Assembly: GCA_045652205.1 (NCBI GenBank)
Contig: JAZRTX010000030.1
Location: 38,433-102,432 of the forward strand
Reading direction: 5' to 3'
Origin: Clostridia bacterium
Lineage (GTDB): Bacteria > Bacillota > Clostridia > Christensenellales > QALW01
Length of the DNA stretch: 64,000 bases
Each line of letters opens with the position of its first letter. Within the stretch, counting starts at the first letter, position 1. This document shows, piece by piece, positions 47,516 through 59,200 of the stretch. A program made the translations under genes and the position numbers. Below the pieces are notes generated by a model. It was not told the DNA's origin and searched no databases. It was given only the letters and a program-made list of their open reading frames with translations.

Positions 47516-50500
47516 TTAGATGTAAACGTAAAGTACCATATCGCAGGTTTTCTTATCGCCAATCTGATAGGTTCCGTAGTTGCCTGAATAGAACGTGCCT
47601 TTTTCTTCAATAGCGCCCGTAATTGGGTTAAACCAAATATAGTTATACGTTGTTTGAGTTTTAAGCGCCCTAAGTTTACCCGTTGCAGTACCATCAGTTG
47701 TATTTGCAAACTCAGCAACGCTTGAATCGGTATAGTTACAGAAGTAAACAACTACCTTTGATCTATCACTATTACTTGCAAGGAACGCAAATGCGCCTGC
47801 CTCACGTTCAAGGAAATTAGTATGACCAAAGCGAGGTGTGAGATTATACCAATCACCAACGGTTGTAGTAAAGAACTTACGCATATAGCCCATTTGTTCG
47901 GCGCTTACACGATTAAGGGCTTTTTGCCAATCGTTATCGGCAATACGATCTTCGATATAAATATCGTCGGCACCATCAGTAACGTGAGTACCTGCCCAAT
48001 CATCGCCGTAACTTCCACCATACTGCCACGTACCTTGCGCGCCCCATCCATAGCCGAACATACCGTTAAGATATGCCATCCAACCTTGTGCACGGGCACC
48101 GAAATCCTTGGTTTGAAGCCTATCGTAGTAGCCTTCGTAGTTAACTGCAACTTTGTTTGAATTCCAATATTCTTGTGCGCGTTCATACGTTTCGTTAATA
48201 TCTGCATTATAATTTTTGTCACGATATAAACCGCCAAAGTTAAAGGGGGTTTTAAACTGTGAAGCATACCAGGTATGAACTTCCTTATTTGCACTATTGA
48301 AAATATTATTAAAGCCTGAAGTTGCAACACGGTTACGGTTTGCAGTTTCCTGATGCGCGGTTATCGGGCTTGAATATGGATCTAAATCAGACATATACTG
48401 TGCCACAAGCTTATATGGGTTATTTGCATTACCCCACATTGCGTGGCCAAAGCCAATAACTGTTTTTTCAGTTTCGCCTTCCTTTAATGAAGGAATGTTA
48501 CCGGTACTGAACATAAAGTCATCATCAACTTCCTGACCTAACGTCCACATTACAGGATATGCTGAATATCTTGCAACCCAGTACCTTGCCGTAAGTTTAA
48601 GTTCTTCCTTTACTTTATCTGTAAGATCGTAAAGTTTAACTGTTATGCCACCTAAATCCTTGCCTTTTACCTCACCTTTATCATTTAAGTATGCTTGCCT
48701 ATATGCAGCGGTTTCAATACCAAGCAATTTACTTGTATCAAGACCGTAAACGGTTATAGGAGTTTTTTCATTGTTTAGAGAATTATATATAATTTCATCG
48801 TTTTCATCGGTAAGTACAACAGCCTTGTTACCGTAAAGTTGACCGTAGTAATCAATGAAATCATCCATCTTATCAGGGAAGAAGAATTGTGAATTTGCGT
48901 GTACCAAGCCTTTTTCTGCAACATACTGGAACTTTTCATCAAGTTTTTGAATTGTAATAAGGCTTGATGAATTAAAGCCCTTATGGAAAATACTGCTGTT
49001 TGCGCCTGATTCACTCTGATATACGGTAAAGCCTTGTTGTGTACGCTTATTTACAACGGTCTTGAAGGCATCAATAGGTTCGCTATCAAAGTTCCAATGG
49101 GTATCGCCCAAGTAGAAGAACGGCGTACCATCAGCATAGGTAAAGTATTTTTGCCTTGTAGCATTATTATATTTTGCAGTTACAAAGCCATGCTTGTAAA
49201 TATCGTATGCACCGGTGTATTCAATACATTCAATAGTTGAAGTTTGATTATTAAGACCTTTGTTTGTCTGATCGCTACATTCGGTAGTATATGTCCAGGT
49301 GCCAACGCTTGGGCAAACAAAGCGTGCGCGCCAGATCAAACCGCCATCCCAGAAGCAAGGAATAGTATAAGTTACGTGGCCGTTTGTTAATTTAAGATCC
49401 ACCGTTACATCGTGATAAGCATCTTCGTACCACTTGTTAGAAACGAATACTGCTTCGTTAGCGTACCAAGTTTCTGCGCTTGTAACAGGTTCTTTAATGG
49501 CTTCATAATCAACGGGTTTAACCACAACATCATCAAAATAAATTGCAGTTACGCCATCGTTTACTGTTTGTACGCCAAAGTTCCATTTACCGCCAATACC
49601 AATATCTGATTGTTTAACGTGTAATTTTGCTTCAAAGGTTTCCCATTTGCCTGCAACAACGCTCTTTGCATTACCACCAACACCACCGTAAGCAGTACTT
49701 CCGCTTCCATTGGTTGTGAAGGACGTATTACCACCGCTTGAACGGATTACACCGCTAAATGGCGAATTTCCTTGGCTATCGCCTGCGATTTTATATCTGA
49801 AGCTAATTACGTAATCGCCTTCTGCTTTAATATACTTAGAAAGATCGATTGCAATAGTATCGTAGTTTATACGTGTTCCCGATGAAGAAAGTTCTTGACC
49901 CCTTGTGTAATAGATACATTTACCGCCATTACCATCATCGGCAAGACCTACTTCAAGAATGTTTGGTGAACCTGCACCCTTTATCCAAGCGGTATCGCTT
50001 ACAGACAATGCATTATTAAAGTTTGAACTAATTGCAGGAATAAGATTTTCTACCTTTGGTGCAGATGTATTGCCACCTAAAAGGTCATCTTCATCTTCAA
50101 GATCATAATCGCCTTTGTACTTGCCATTTAACATATCCTGATAATTGTTAGCACAAACGCCGTAATTATTAAGTGCCTGAACAATTGCACCAACGGATGA
50201 ACTTGAATACTTTGCCTGAATATAAGCGTTTAAGTTGTATTGAACAGTAGTAATGGTTTCATCAGCTTTAATAAGTTTTAAAGTGAACACCTTATCAAAA
50301 TCTGTTGCTTTGATATCTTCTGAATAAAGAATGAAAGTACCATCTTGTTGCTTAACAAGGTTGCTTTTATCAACAAGTTCATCATTTAAAGTAATAACAA
50401 CGTTTTCATCTGTTAAAACCAAACGGAAATAAACCCTGTTTACGTTTGCCATATTAAGACTTGCTGATTTTACGCAGTTTTCTCTATCCTGATTACCTTC

Positions 50501-53500
50501 AATAACTTTAACACCAACAGGTGAAACAAATGAAGTTTTATAACTGTTAATCCATGAAGATGCATCCGCAGGATCATCAAGTTTATAATTCTGATTAATC
50601 TGTGCTTCTTTACCGTAAATCAAGGTAGCGGCAAGAAGTTTTCTTAAAACGTAAATATTCTTAACGCCTTTAATTTCACCTGCTGATTTACTTGCAAGAG
50701 AATCACAGTAAGCCTTTACGCTGTAATTATCCTTTACTGCTAAAACAGTTTCGCCATCTAAAAGAAGCTCTGCCTTGATGGTATCTGTCATACACTGAGG
50801 ATTGATGCCTGTATAGGTAAACCTATATAATTCATAAGTTTGGTCATAAACGCCATCAACTGTTCTGATTGCTCCGTTTTCATTGGTAAAGCGCATTGTA
50901 ATGCGGGAAGCATCAGCTTCAAAATAAGCATAATAATCAATATTAAGGCTTGTTCCAACGTTAAGGGTTGCACCTGCAATATCGTTTGCTTTATAGGTAA
51001 GAACTTTTATTAAAACTTCGTTATAACCTTTAACTTCTACACCGTCAGCAAATGCTTTTTGTGAGGAGAGATACTTTACATTAACTAACTTGTTGCAATT
51101 ATGGAATGCAAATGGTTCAACGGTTTTTATTTTGCTTGAAAGTACAACTTCACCTTCAAGTTCACTACAACCGCAGAAAGCGTGTGTGCCTATTTCGGTC
51201 ACGTTTCCATCCATAACAACAGATTTAAGATTTGCGCACTGTTCAAACGCAAAATCACCGATTTTTGTTACTGTTTCAGGTAACGTTACTTTTGTAAGCT
51301 GTGCGCGGTATCTGAATGCGCCTTCACCGATTTCTGTTACAGGCTTGTTTTCAATGCTGTAAGGGATAATAATATCGCCACGAATGTCCATTTTGCTGCC
51401 TGTAATTGTAACGCCATTCTCATTAACCTCATATTCAAGATAGTTTATGACTGAGTTTGCTGGAATAGCTGCCGGCTTAGGCGTTGGTGTTGGCATTGCC
51501 GGTACAGGTGTTGGTGTTGGATATAATTTTGAATAAATACCGTTTAAGCTTGTTGCATGGGTAATGGTTAATTCATCAATATAATATTCGTAGGATTGAC
51601 CGTTTGCATTGCCGTTAGCATCATTAATGCTATCATTGATTGAACCAAATGCGCTTGAAGAACCTGATCCATCAAGGCGAAGCATAAGATCATAAGTACG
51701 TGATGCGTATGTGTGATTGCTTTCACGAAGCTCTTTAAGCATCTTAAGCCAATCTTCTTCTACCTTAATGGTAACGGAGAACTTTTGCCATTCTTCTGTC
51801 ATTTTAATGGAGCTTGAAGCACCATCCGCACCGTTTATGAAAGTATTATAATCCGAATATTGCGTGTATTGCGCAACCGTGCTTTTCATTAAGTGGTTTT
51901 GTGAATTAAATCCTACAGAAAATACTGCGGTACTGCCTGCAGGTATTTTATTGGCTTTTGCCCAGAAGGTTATATTATAATAACCTGCCCCACAACCTGC
52001 AAGATTGTAATCACTATCGTTAATTATGGCAGGTGCAACATTAAATGCAATTGAATCATTTTTTCCCGTATAAACAGAAGGAATAAATCTTATTGCATTA
52101 TTTGTGCCGTTTGCGCCGGGTTGAACGTAGCCATAGCTACCGCCGTGAATGTTGCCCCAGTTTTGAATACCGCTTTCAGCATCGCCGTTATATACGGTTT
52201 TAATGCTATCGGGGTTTTGTGTGGGCTTTGCAATATGACTGCCTTCACGAAGTGAATCAAGGATTTCTTTTAAAGCTTCAAGCCTATCGTTATTGATAGG
52301 ATCGTTTTTAATAATATTGCCGTTTGCATCGCAGTTAAGCGTTGGGCAAAGCCATCCGCCTTCATCGTGTTCGTTCCAAGCATAAGAACAAATAAGGTTA
52401 GGTTGTGTTTTATCTGCGTATTTTTGTGTGTAATTATATACTGTTGCAATATGTTCTTGTAAACTTGGAATATCGGTTTTAAGTGTATATTTATTGCCAT
52501 AAGGTTTTTGTGAATCAATTGTACTGTTAACATCACCATCAATCCAGGAAACAGCCGTATCAATTCTTGGTCTGCAATCACGGCCTGCGGAGAATATAGG
52601 TATTACCTGATGATCACCTGCGGGATTTGCTTTAAGAATAGCTTCCCAAGTTTTTTCTAATCTTTCTGTATAGTTATCATAAGGCTCGCCTTGTGCAGAA
52701 GCACTGTAAGAATAAAGTGATACAGCATCCATACCCCTATTGTAAATAGTTTCATCAAACTTGGTATAATCTGAATTCATACCGATAATGTAAAGGGATT
52801 CGGTAATACCTGCGCGGTATGCCATACGGCGAATTGCATCAACCTGATCTTGCGTCCATTTTGCGCCATTTGAATGTGAAGCGCTTCTAACATCATAAAG
52901 GAACAATACCGGTCTTCCGCTTAAACGTAACCAGCAGGGATCTTTCATTGCTTCAAAAAGCTCGTTCATCGTTTGGTTTGAACGGATGCTTTCCAAAATA
53001 CCCGTCATCTGCATTAAGTTTTTATATTCACTTTGAAGATGCATTTTACGGGGTTGGCTCATTTCCGAAGTAGTTTCGTACCAAAGATATGAGAAATAAT
53101 CCAAGCCTGCTTCGTGGGCATAAATAGCTTCCTGCTCCCACGTTTTTACCGTATATTCAGGGAATGCAATCTTACCGCTATCAGTTACTGTTGCAAAGAA
53201 AGGAGCCTGATAGTGATATTGTGCAGGTGAAAGTGTATTTGCTACCTGAGATGCAGGTGTATAATTTGCAACGTTTGCGCCTGCAGGGATATCAATAGAT
53301 TTTGAATAAGCATCCCAACGGATAGCGCCAACCTTAGTATATGCTTCCCTTACGATTTCAGTTTTTTCGGCGTAAGCGTGATCCGCGTAGCACGCCATAA
53401 CGTTATCAATATAGAAAACGTCATCCACGGCAAAGGAGGAACCTTCACCTTTATTATTCTTTAAACCGTCAAAGCAAATGGTCCACGCATCAGTTGAAGC

Positions 53501-54049
53501 GTTATCAATATCTGCTTGTGTAATATCAATAACGTATTCAACCCTTTTCCAGCTACCTTTACTAACGTTAACGCTATTAGTTTTTTCTTCTGCATTGTTA
53601 ATAACGTCAGCACTATTATAAAGAGGACCGTGTTTGCCTCCTTCTTTTGTGCAGGCTGAAAGAATATTTGCGGTATTTGTGCGCACTGTAAAGGATGCAG
53701 AAATATTCTTATCTTCAGAATACAAATCAAAAGAAATATATATTCTACCCGGGTATTCAACAAATGGCCTTAAATCAAATGAAGGCGATTGCCAGGTGTT
53801 TACACCCGTATGGGTATATTTAAGCACCTTACCTTCACCTAAAGGATTGTTAACAACGGCAACAGTACCTGAACTGTATGCCTTCCAACCCGTTTGGCCA
53901 CCTTCAAAGGTAGAAGTTTTTTCATCAAGTATGTTGATATCAGTAACGCCTTTTGTTGCGTTCTGATTTGCGCTTACAAAAGAAATACCTAAATTAAAGC
54001 AGGCTAAAACTACTGCAAGCACCAAAGCTAAGCTTATGATTTTTTTCAT
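47516..54049 (-). CDS. giant secreted multidomain carbohydrate-active protein
   Basis: 2177 aa from ATG 54049 (MKKIISLALVLAVVLA...). The track's 27 extra codons overlap the promoter. Domain order in track aa numbering: signal peptide 28-55; CBM-like; GH99/WbsX-like 265-632 (VGAIRWDA..GRDCRPRID..YAWNEHDEGGWLCPTL); CBM-like; PT linker 870-890; BspA-LRR 895-1022; unknown module 1050-1335; CBM-like; DUF5060/DUF4038 (GH140-like) 1550-2100 (FWDG..W.ARF, YADGTPFFYLGDTHW). Confidence 0.85.
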   Translation of the reverse strand: MKKIISLALVLAVVLACFNLGISFVSANQNATKGVTDINILDEKTSTFEGGQTGWKAYSSGTVAVVNNPLGEGKVLKYTHTGVNTWQSPSFDLRPFVEYPGRIYISFDLYSEDKNISASFTVRTNTANILSACTKEGGKHGPLYNSADVINNAEEKTNSVNVSKGSWKRVEYVIDITQADIDNASTDAWTICFDGLKNNKGEGSSFAVDDVFYIDNVMACYADHAYAEKTEIVREAYTKVGAIRWDAYSKSIDIPAGANVANYTPASQVANTLSPAQYHYQAPFFATVTDSGKIAFPEYTVKTWEQEAIYAHEAGLDYFSYLWYETTSEMSQPRKMHLQSEYKNLMQMTGILESIRSNQTMNELFEAMKDPCWLRLSGRPVLFLYDVRSASHSNGAKWTQDQVDAIRRMAYRAGITESLYIIGMNSDYTKFDETIYNRGMDAVSLYSYSASAQGEPYDNYTERLEKTWEAILKANPAGDHQVIPIFSAGRDCRPRIDTAVSWIDGDVNSTIDSQKPYGNKYTLKTDIPSLQEHIATVYNYTQKYADKTQPNLICSYAWNEHDEGGWLCPTLNCDANGNIIKNDPINNDRLEALKEILDSLREGSHIAKPTQNPDSIKTVYNGDAESGIQNWGNIHGGSYGYVQPGANGTNNAIRFIPSVYTGKNDSIAFNVAPAIINDSDYNLAGCGAGYYNITFWAKANKIPAGSTAVFSVGFNSQNHLMKSTVAQYTQYSDYNTFINGADGASSSIKMTEEWQKFSVTIKVEEDWLKMLKELRESNHTYASRTYDLMLRLDGSGSSSAFGSINDSINDANGNANGQSYEYYIDELTITHATSLNGIYSKLYPTPTPVPAMPTPTPKPAAIPANSVINYLEYEVNENGVTITGSKMDIRGDIIIPYSIENKPVTEIGEGAFRYRAQLTKVTLPETVTKIGDFAFEQCANLKSVVMDGNVTEIGTHAFCGCSELEGEVVLSSKIKTVEPFAFHNCNKLVNVKYLSSQKAFADGVEVKGYNEVLIKVLTYKANDIAGATLNVGTSLNIDYYAYFEADASRITMRFTNENGAIRTVDGVYDQTYELYRFTYTGINPQCMTDTIKAELLLDGETVLAVKDNYSVKAYCDSLASKSAGEIKGVKNIYVLRKLLAATLIYGKEAQINQNYKLDDPADASSWINSYKTSFVSPVGVKVIEGNQDRENCVKSASLNMANVNRVYFRLVLTDENVVITLNDELVDKSNLVKQQDGTFILYSEDIKATDFDKVFTLKLIKADETITTVQYNLNAYIQAKYSSSSVGAIVQALNNYGVCANNYQDMLNGKYKGDYDLEDEDDLLGGNTSAPKVENLIPAISSNFNNALSVSDTAWIKGAGSPNILEVGLADDGNGGKCIYYTRGQELSSSGTRINYDTIAIDLSKYIKAEGDYVISFRYKIAGDSQGNSPFSGVIRSSGGNTSFTTNGSGSTAYGGVGGNAKSVVAGKWETFEAKLHVKQSDIGIGGKWNFGVQTVNDGVTAIYFDDVVVKPVDYEAIKEPVTSAETWYANEAVFVSNKWYEDAYHDVTVDLKLTNGHVTYTIPCFWDGGLIWRARFVCPSVGTWTYTTECSDQTNKGLNNQTSTIECIEYTGAYDIYKHGFVTAKYNNATRQKYFTYADGTPFFYLGDTHWNFDSEPIDAFKTVVNKRTQQGFTVYQSESGANSSIFHKGFNSSSLITIQKLDEKFQYVAEKGLVHANSQFFFPDKMDDFIDYYGQLYGNKAVVLTDENDEIIYNSLNNEKTPITVYGLDTSKLLGIETAAYRQAYLNDKGEVKGKDLGGITVKLYDLTDKVKEELKLTARYWVARYSAYPVMWTLGQEVDDDFMFSTGNIPSLKEGETEKTVIGFGHAMWGNANNPYKLVAQYMSDLDPYSSPITAHQETANRNRVATSGFNNIFNSANKEVHTWYASQFKTPFNFGGLYRDKNYNADINETYERAQEYWNSNKVAVNYEGYYDRLQTKDFGARAQGWMAYLNGMFGYGWGAQGTWQYGGSYGDDWAGTHVTDGADDIYIEDRIADNDWQKALNRVSAEQMGYMRKFFTTTVGDWYNLTPRFGHTNFLEREAGAFAFLASNSDRSKVVVYFCNYTDSSVAEFANTTDGTATGKLRALKTQTTYNYIWFNPITGAIEEKGTFYSGNYGTYQIGDKKTCDMVLYVYI

Positions 54050-54101
54050 TATTTTTTGTTCCTTTCTTTTAAAGCAAAAGCATAGACATATAATCTGTAT
54101 T

Positions 54102-54130
54102 ATTATATCATTATATATATGAAATGTCAA
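54102..54130 (-). promoter_or_regulatory. sigma-A promoter of the giant protein gene
   Basis: The minus strand reads TTGACA, a 17-nt spacer, then TATAAT. Both hexamers match consensus. Confidence 0.7.
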
Positions 54131-54171
54131 AAAATTTTAGATAAAATTTAATAAAATTTACATATTAGGAC

Positions 54172-54210
54172 AAAAAAACCGCTTGTTTTTATTTACAAGC
54201 GGATTTTTTT
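54172..54210 (-). terminator. intrinsic terminator after the 645-aa gene
   Basis: AAAAAAACCGCTTGT-ttttattt-ACAAGCGGATTTTTTT. Confidence 0.85.
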
Positions 54211-54214
54211 ATTT

Positions 54215-56152
54215 TTATTCTGTTTCTTCAGTTTTTTTCTTATTTTTTGCAATAATAACTGTTACAACAACACCTAAAATTACTACTGCGCCTGCGCATA
54301 CGCCGATAATAACAATACTGTTATCAGAATCATCATTTACTTCTGTGGGGCGTTCAGTTGTACTTGGTGTGTTTGTTGCCTGAGTAGAACTTGGCGCAGT
54401 TTGATAGTTAGGTCTTACAAACTCTTCATCAATAGAAACGTCCTTATCCAGCGTCCACTGGGCGTCAGGGCGTAACACCTTTTGAATTGCCTGTAATCTT
54501 CTTGTATCGCGGGCGTTTGTGCCATCGCTTCTCTTTGTAGGAATACCATCGCCATCATCATCTACTAACGTTGGGCAAAGCCATCCGCCTTCATCGTGTT
54601 CATTCCAAGCATAAATTAAAACGGTGTTAGCAGTTGTTAAATCAGGATTGTTTTTATTGAAATCCAATGCCTGTTTAAGATGGTCTGCAATTTCCTGTGG
54701 AGTTGCGGTATTTGTGAAATCAAGCTTATTTTTTGTTGGGCCTTCCCAGGTAACAGGGTTATCAATTCTTGGGCGACGGTCCCAGCCTGTTGAAACAAGG
54801 GGAACAATTTGTATGCCCTTTGTTTTCCATTCATACCATTGTAACCAGATATCGTGGGCAAGATCTTTAAACTCACCTGCATCAACACCGCCGCCTGCTG
54901 CGTAGTCGCCAAGGGCATCAAAGCCTAATTCTTTTACGTTTTCAGGTGTTGCGCCGAACTGTTCAAGTCCGATAATATAAGGATTGCCAAGACCTGCTTC
55001 CATACACTTGTTGCGGAACTTATTTACAATATGCGCTGTATAGCGGGAATCTGCTACGTTATCAGCATAAATCAAAGGTCTGTTACCATCAACCTTCTGC
55101 CAACAATCTAACTTAAAATTATTTATCCAATAATCATAATCATCATTGGTAACGGTTGCTATATTAAGCATAGCGCACATTTTTACGTTGTTCCTATATT
55201 GGCTATTTACGTGGTATTTACGGGCAGAAGACATAATATCATCATCCCCGTACCAGCAATACATAAAGTAATCAATGCCGGCTTCCATAGCGTAACGCAT
55301 TTCTTCATCAAACATTTCCTGTGTGTAATCAGGGAAAGTAATTTCGTTTGCTGATTTTACGATTGTGAAATATGGCGCACGATAGTGATATTTTGCCGCA
55401 CCAAGTGAACGTGCCATCTGTGCACCGATATAGTTTTTAGGCTTAACGTTAGCTTCGCCCCATTTTTCACTAGGGTTTACCCAAGCATCCCAACGGATTG
55501 CGCCAACAAGAGTTTTTGTTGCGCGATTATCTACCTTTTCAATTGGCATAGGTGTTGGTTCAACGTGTGGATTTTTAACCCCATCCTTTTTAACCATTGA
55601 AAAATTATCAACGTAATAATCGTAATTATTACCGCCTGATGCGTTTTGCAGATAAATAATACCTGAAGCATAGGATTCTTCCCAATCAATATTGATTGTG
55701 CCTTCAATCTTTGTAAAGCTTTCACTGTTAACAATTTTTGTACCTGTTGAAAGCCATACGCCTCCTGCAATACCATCTTTTTGATGATGGGTTACCACCG
55801 TCATTGAACTTTTTACGGTTTTTTCAGTAGGCGAAACCAACTTAACGTAAGCGCTGATTATATACTCGCCCTTACCCCATTCTTTAACAATTTCCGTAAT
55901 ATCCTGATAAAGCGAAGACCAAGGTGCAGTCCTGCCTGTAACAAGGCAGGACATTTCACCTTCATAAGCTTCATCAGCTTCTTCTAAAACTTCGTCCAAC
56001 GTATAAGATTTCCAATCCGCTGTAATACCGTCTTCAAAATCACCGTTTACAAGAAGGTTTTCACTGGGATTAGCAAAAGTGATATTGTTACCCATAAGAA
56101 TTCCGCCTGTAATAATGGCCAAAAGCAACAATATGCTTGTAAATTTTTTCAT
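54215..56152 (-). CDS. cell-surface protein: signal peptide, CBM-like domain, GH99/WbsX-like domain, Thr/Ser/Pro linker, C-terminal TM anchor
   Basis: 645 aa. Residues 214-562 are paralogous to residues 265-632 of the giant protein, with an identical 16-mer YAWNEHDEGGWLCPTL. The C-terminus IVIIGVCAGAVVILGVVVTVIIAKNKKK is a TM helix followed by a basic tail. Confidence 0.85.
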   Translation of the reverse strand: MKKFTSILLLLAIITGGILMGNNITFANPSENLLVNGDFEDGITADWKSYTLDEVLEEADEAYEGEMSCLVTGRTAPWSSLYQDITEIVKEWGKGEYIISAYVKLVSPTEKTVKSSMTVVTHHQKDGIAGGVWLSTGTKIVNSESFTKIEGTINIDWEESYASGIIYLQNASGGNNYDYYVDNFSMVKKDGVKNPHVEPTPMPIEKVDNRATKTLVGAIRWDAWVNPSEKWGEANVKPKNYIGAQMARSLGAAKYHYRAPYFTIVKSANEITFPDYTQEMFDEEMRYAMEAGIDYFMYCWYGDDDIMSSARKYHVNSQYRNNVKMCAMLNIATVTNDDYDYWINNFKLDCWQKVDGNRPLIYADNVADSRYTAHIVNKFRNKCMEAGLGNPYIIGLEQFGATPENVKELGFDALGDYAAGGGVDAGEFKDLAHDIWLQWYEWKTKGIQIVPLVSTGWDRRPRIDNPVTWEGPTKNKLDFTNTATPQEIADHLKQALDFNKNNPDLTTANTVLIYAWNEHDEGGWLCPTLVDDDGDGIPTKRSDGTNARDTRRLQAIQKVLRPDAQWTLDKDVSIDEEFVRPNYQTAPSSTQATNTPSTTERPTEVNDDSDNSIVIIGVCAGAVVILGVVVTVIIAKNKKKTEETE

Positions 56153-56205
56153 AAAATTATTTACTCCTAATTAGTTTGAATACTTAGTATAAGCTTCTAC
56201 CTGAA

Positions 56206-59200
56206 TTATTTAACTTTTTGAACAACTAAAACCCAGTCTTCTGCCGTTGGGCGTGAACCGATTCTAAATTGTGTGTTATTTGTCTTGTTAACTGCCTGTG
56301 CCTGACTGATTTCACCTGTTCTTGGGTTAAACCACTGATACGTGTATTGAGCAGTTGAATCAAGTCCTTTAATTGTTCCGGTATTAGTAGTACCCCTGTT
56401 TGCAATACCATCAAAAATGTATGCAATATACAGATCATTTCCAATTGAAGCAAGTGAGAAATGGCTTGCTGATTTGCTGATTTTATTGCTATCATCAAAG
56501 GCAGGTGTAAGCTTCCACCATTGGTAATTTTCAAAGAACTCTCTCATGTAGCCCATTTGATAACCTGTTGCATATTCAATTGAAGTGCCCCAATGCGTCC
56601 TTTTAGTTGCAGCACTAATGGTTACGCCGTTTCTTGAAATTTCGGGTTCACTATCAAAATTAGCGTTATACATCCACATATCAATAGCGCCGTAGCCGTG
56701 ACCTACCATACCGTTAAGGAATGCTACCCAACCCTGAGCCCTTGCGCCGTATTCATTGGTCCAATAGCCTTCATAGTTACCTTCGTAGCTTACGATAGGC
56801 TTACCTTTACCGTTGTTCCAATAATCCTTTAATATGCTATAATCAAAGGTATCATTAAGCTTTGCTTTCCATTGTGTTGCCCACCAGGTATGACCTGTAA
56901 CATCACGGAACGCTGAGTTTGATGCAGCAGTTTCATTATACCTATTATTGTTTATATCGTTTATATTGTGTTCTGCAGCTTCCTGATGTGCGGAAATAGG
57001 ATTCTTGTAAGGATCGTATTTATAAAGAGATTCACAAACAAACTTCCAAGGGTTGTTTGATGAGGTCATTGTAGTATTGCTGTCATCACGGTTATAGTAG
57101 TAGTCATTATCAACTTCCTGCGCTAAGGTGTACATAACAGGATATGCGCCAAAACGTGCAATCCAATAACGTGAAAGTGTATCAAGAAGTTTTTCATACT
57201 GTGCTTTCGTATAGTTCTTCATAACAACTTGGTTCATTTCGCTTGTGAAGAAGAACTGTGAGTTTGCATGAACAAGACCCTTATCTGCAATATACTTAAA
57301 GTATTTATCTGCAGCCTTAAAGCCCTTGATATCACTTGCATCAAGACCATCGGAAAGATCAAAGGAAGCTCCGATAGGCTCACTCTGATATACTGTAAAG
57401 CCTTGTTCAACACGTTTATCTACAATATACTTAAAGTGTGAATCTGTTTCTATATTGCCTGCTCTTGCGCCTGCTGAATCAAATTCTTCAGAAAGCATTG
57501 ACCAGTGGGTATCACCTAAATAGAAGAAGGGAGTGCCGTCAGCATACATAAAGTATCTTGTGTCAGGCTCAGTTTTTACAAAGCCGTGCTTATAAATATC
57601 AAGATCGCCTAAATATTCTTCTACGGTAATTTTGCCTGTCTTATTATGAAGACCGCTGTCAGTTGTATCGCTGAAGATGGTTTTATATGTCCATGTGCCT
57701 TCACTTGGAAGAGCAAAACGAACACGCCATACGTTATCGCCATCCCAGAAGCCAGGCATATTGAAGGTCTGGTGACCGTTGGTAAATTCAACGTCAAAAG
57801 TACGGGTATTTAACGGATCGGCTACAACATTATTTGCAATAAAGGTCATTTCATTTGCGATCCAGGTTTCTGTTTCCGTAACAAGTTTTTCTGTTTCCGG
57901 TGGCAAGTAAACTACTGTGAAATCATCAATACAGATAGTGCCTGAGCCGAAAATTCCGTGCATACAGAAATCAAGGCTGTTGTATGCGTCGTTTTCAGAA
58001 AGTGTAAAGGTTTCGTTAAATTTACCCCAAACGTTATTGCCAACAGGCTGAACTATGTTATCAAAGCTTGGGTGAGGTGTGTTAACATCCATACGAATGG
58101 TTGTGTTAAACGTTGCTTCACCTATAACCTTATATCTGAATGATACGGCGTATTTACCCGGTTTAACGTAAGGTGCGATATTAAACATTGCTGATTCATA
58201 GCTTTCACCAATAGTAAAGGCAAGTGCTTTTCCGCCGTTACCATCATCAACAAAGCTCATTGTTGTATTCCATCCAGCAGGAACAAACCAATCTACTGCT
58301 TCAGGTGAAATTGCATAATCAAAAGTACTTGCAAGTTCAGGAATAACGTTATCGGTTAAAAGTTCGCCATAACCAAGATCAAAATCAAGGTCAAGATCTT
58401 TGCTTATTGCCTTAATATAGTAAACTGCTGAATCGCCATAGTTACTAAGTGCTTTTGAAATTCCGCCAACACTTTCACTTGCGTGTTTTGACTGAACGAA
58501 TGCTTTAAGATTATATCTTGCATTGCTTATTTCCTGACCGTTTTTAGATAAAACAAGTTTAAATTCTTTATCAAACTGTGTTGCAGTAAGATCTTCGGTA
58601 TAAAGAAGATACGTGCCATCATCGTCCAATTTAAGCTGTGATCTATCAATAACCTTATTATTAAGGGTAATAACAACGTCTTCACTGTTTAAAACAAGAC
58701 GGAAATAAATGTTGTTTACATTGGATATTGAAAGACTTGCAGATTTAATCTGACCGTCGGTATCCTGATTACCCTTTACTTCCTTGATGCCCTGTGGGAT
58801 CTTAAAGGAACTTTCATTCTGCATTACCCAAGGTTCGCTGTTTGCAAGGGTATTAGTTTTATAATTTTGATAAAGCTGTGCTTCTGCGCCATAGTTAAGA
58901 GTATCTGCAAGTAAGCGAAGCATTGCATTATGCTGAACTTGTGTAAAATTATTTTCTTTTGCAGTTGTGCTTGCCATATTATTACAATACTGCCTTACGC
59001 TATAGCCGTTATAGGAATCAATCTCCTGACCGTTTGCATCAAGTAATTTTGCATCAACAATATCGTTCATACACTGTGGGTTGATACCGGTAAATGCAAA
59101 TTTATACAATCCCATTTTAGAATCGTAATCCCCATCAACTGTTCGTGTTTTGCCGTTCATTGTAAACTGCACTTTATAGCCTGCATCTGCTTTTGCATAA

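Noticed and set aside
16047-54130. Longer N-termini given by the track for pyrC (17342), purM (6411), purN (5345), purE (8305), rluB (27829), FucI-like (43299), LacI (43342), tkt (46499), the lipoprotein (46592), the nitroreductase (40395) and the giant protein (54130)
   Set aside because: The extensions run through promoters, terminators or upstream genes, or use TTG without an RBS. Downstream ATGs with GGAGG-type RBSs and family-typical N-termini were preferred.
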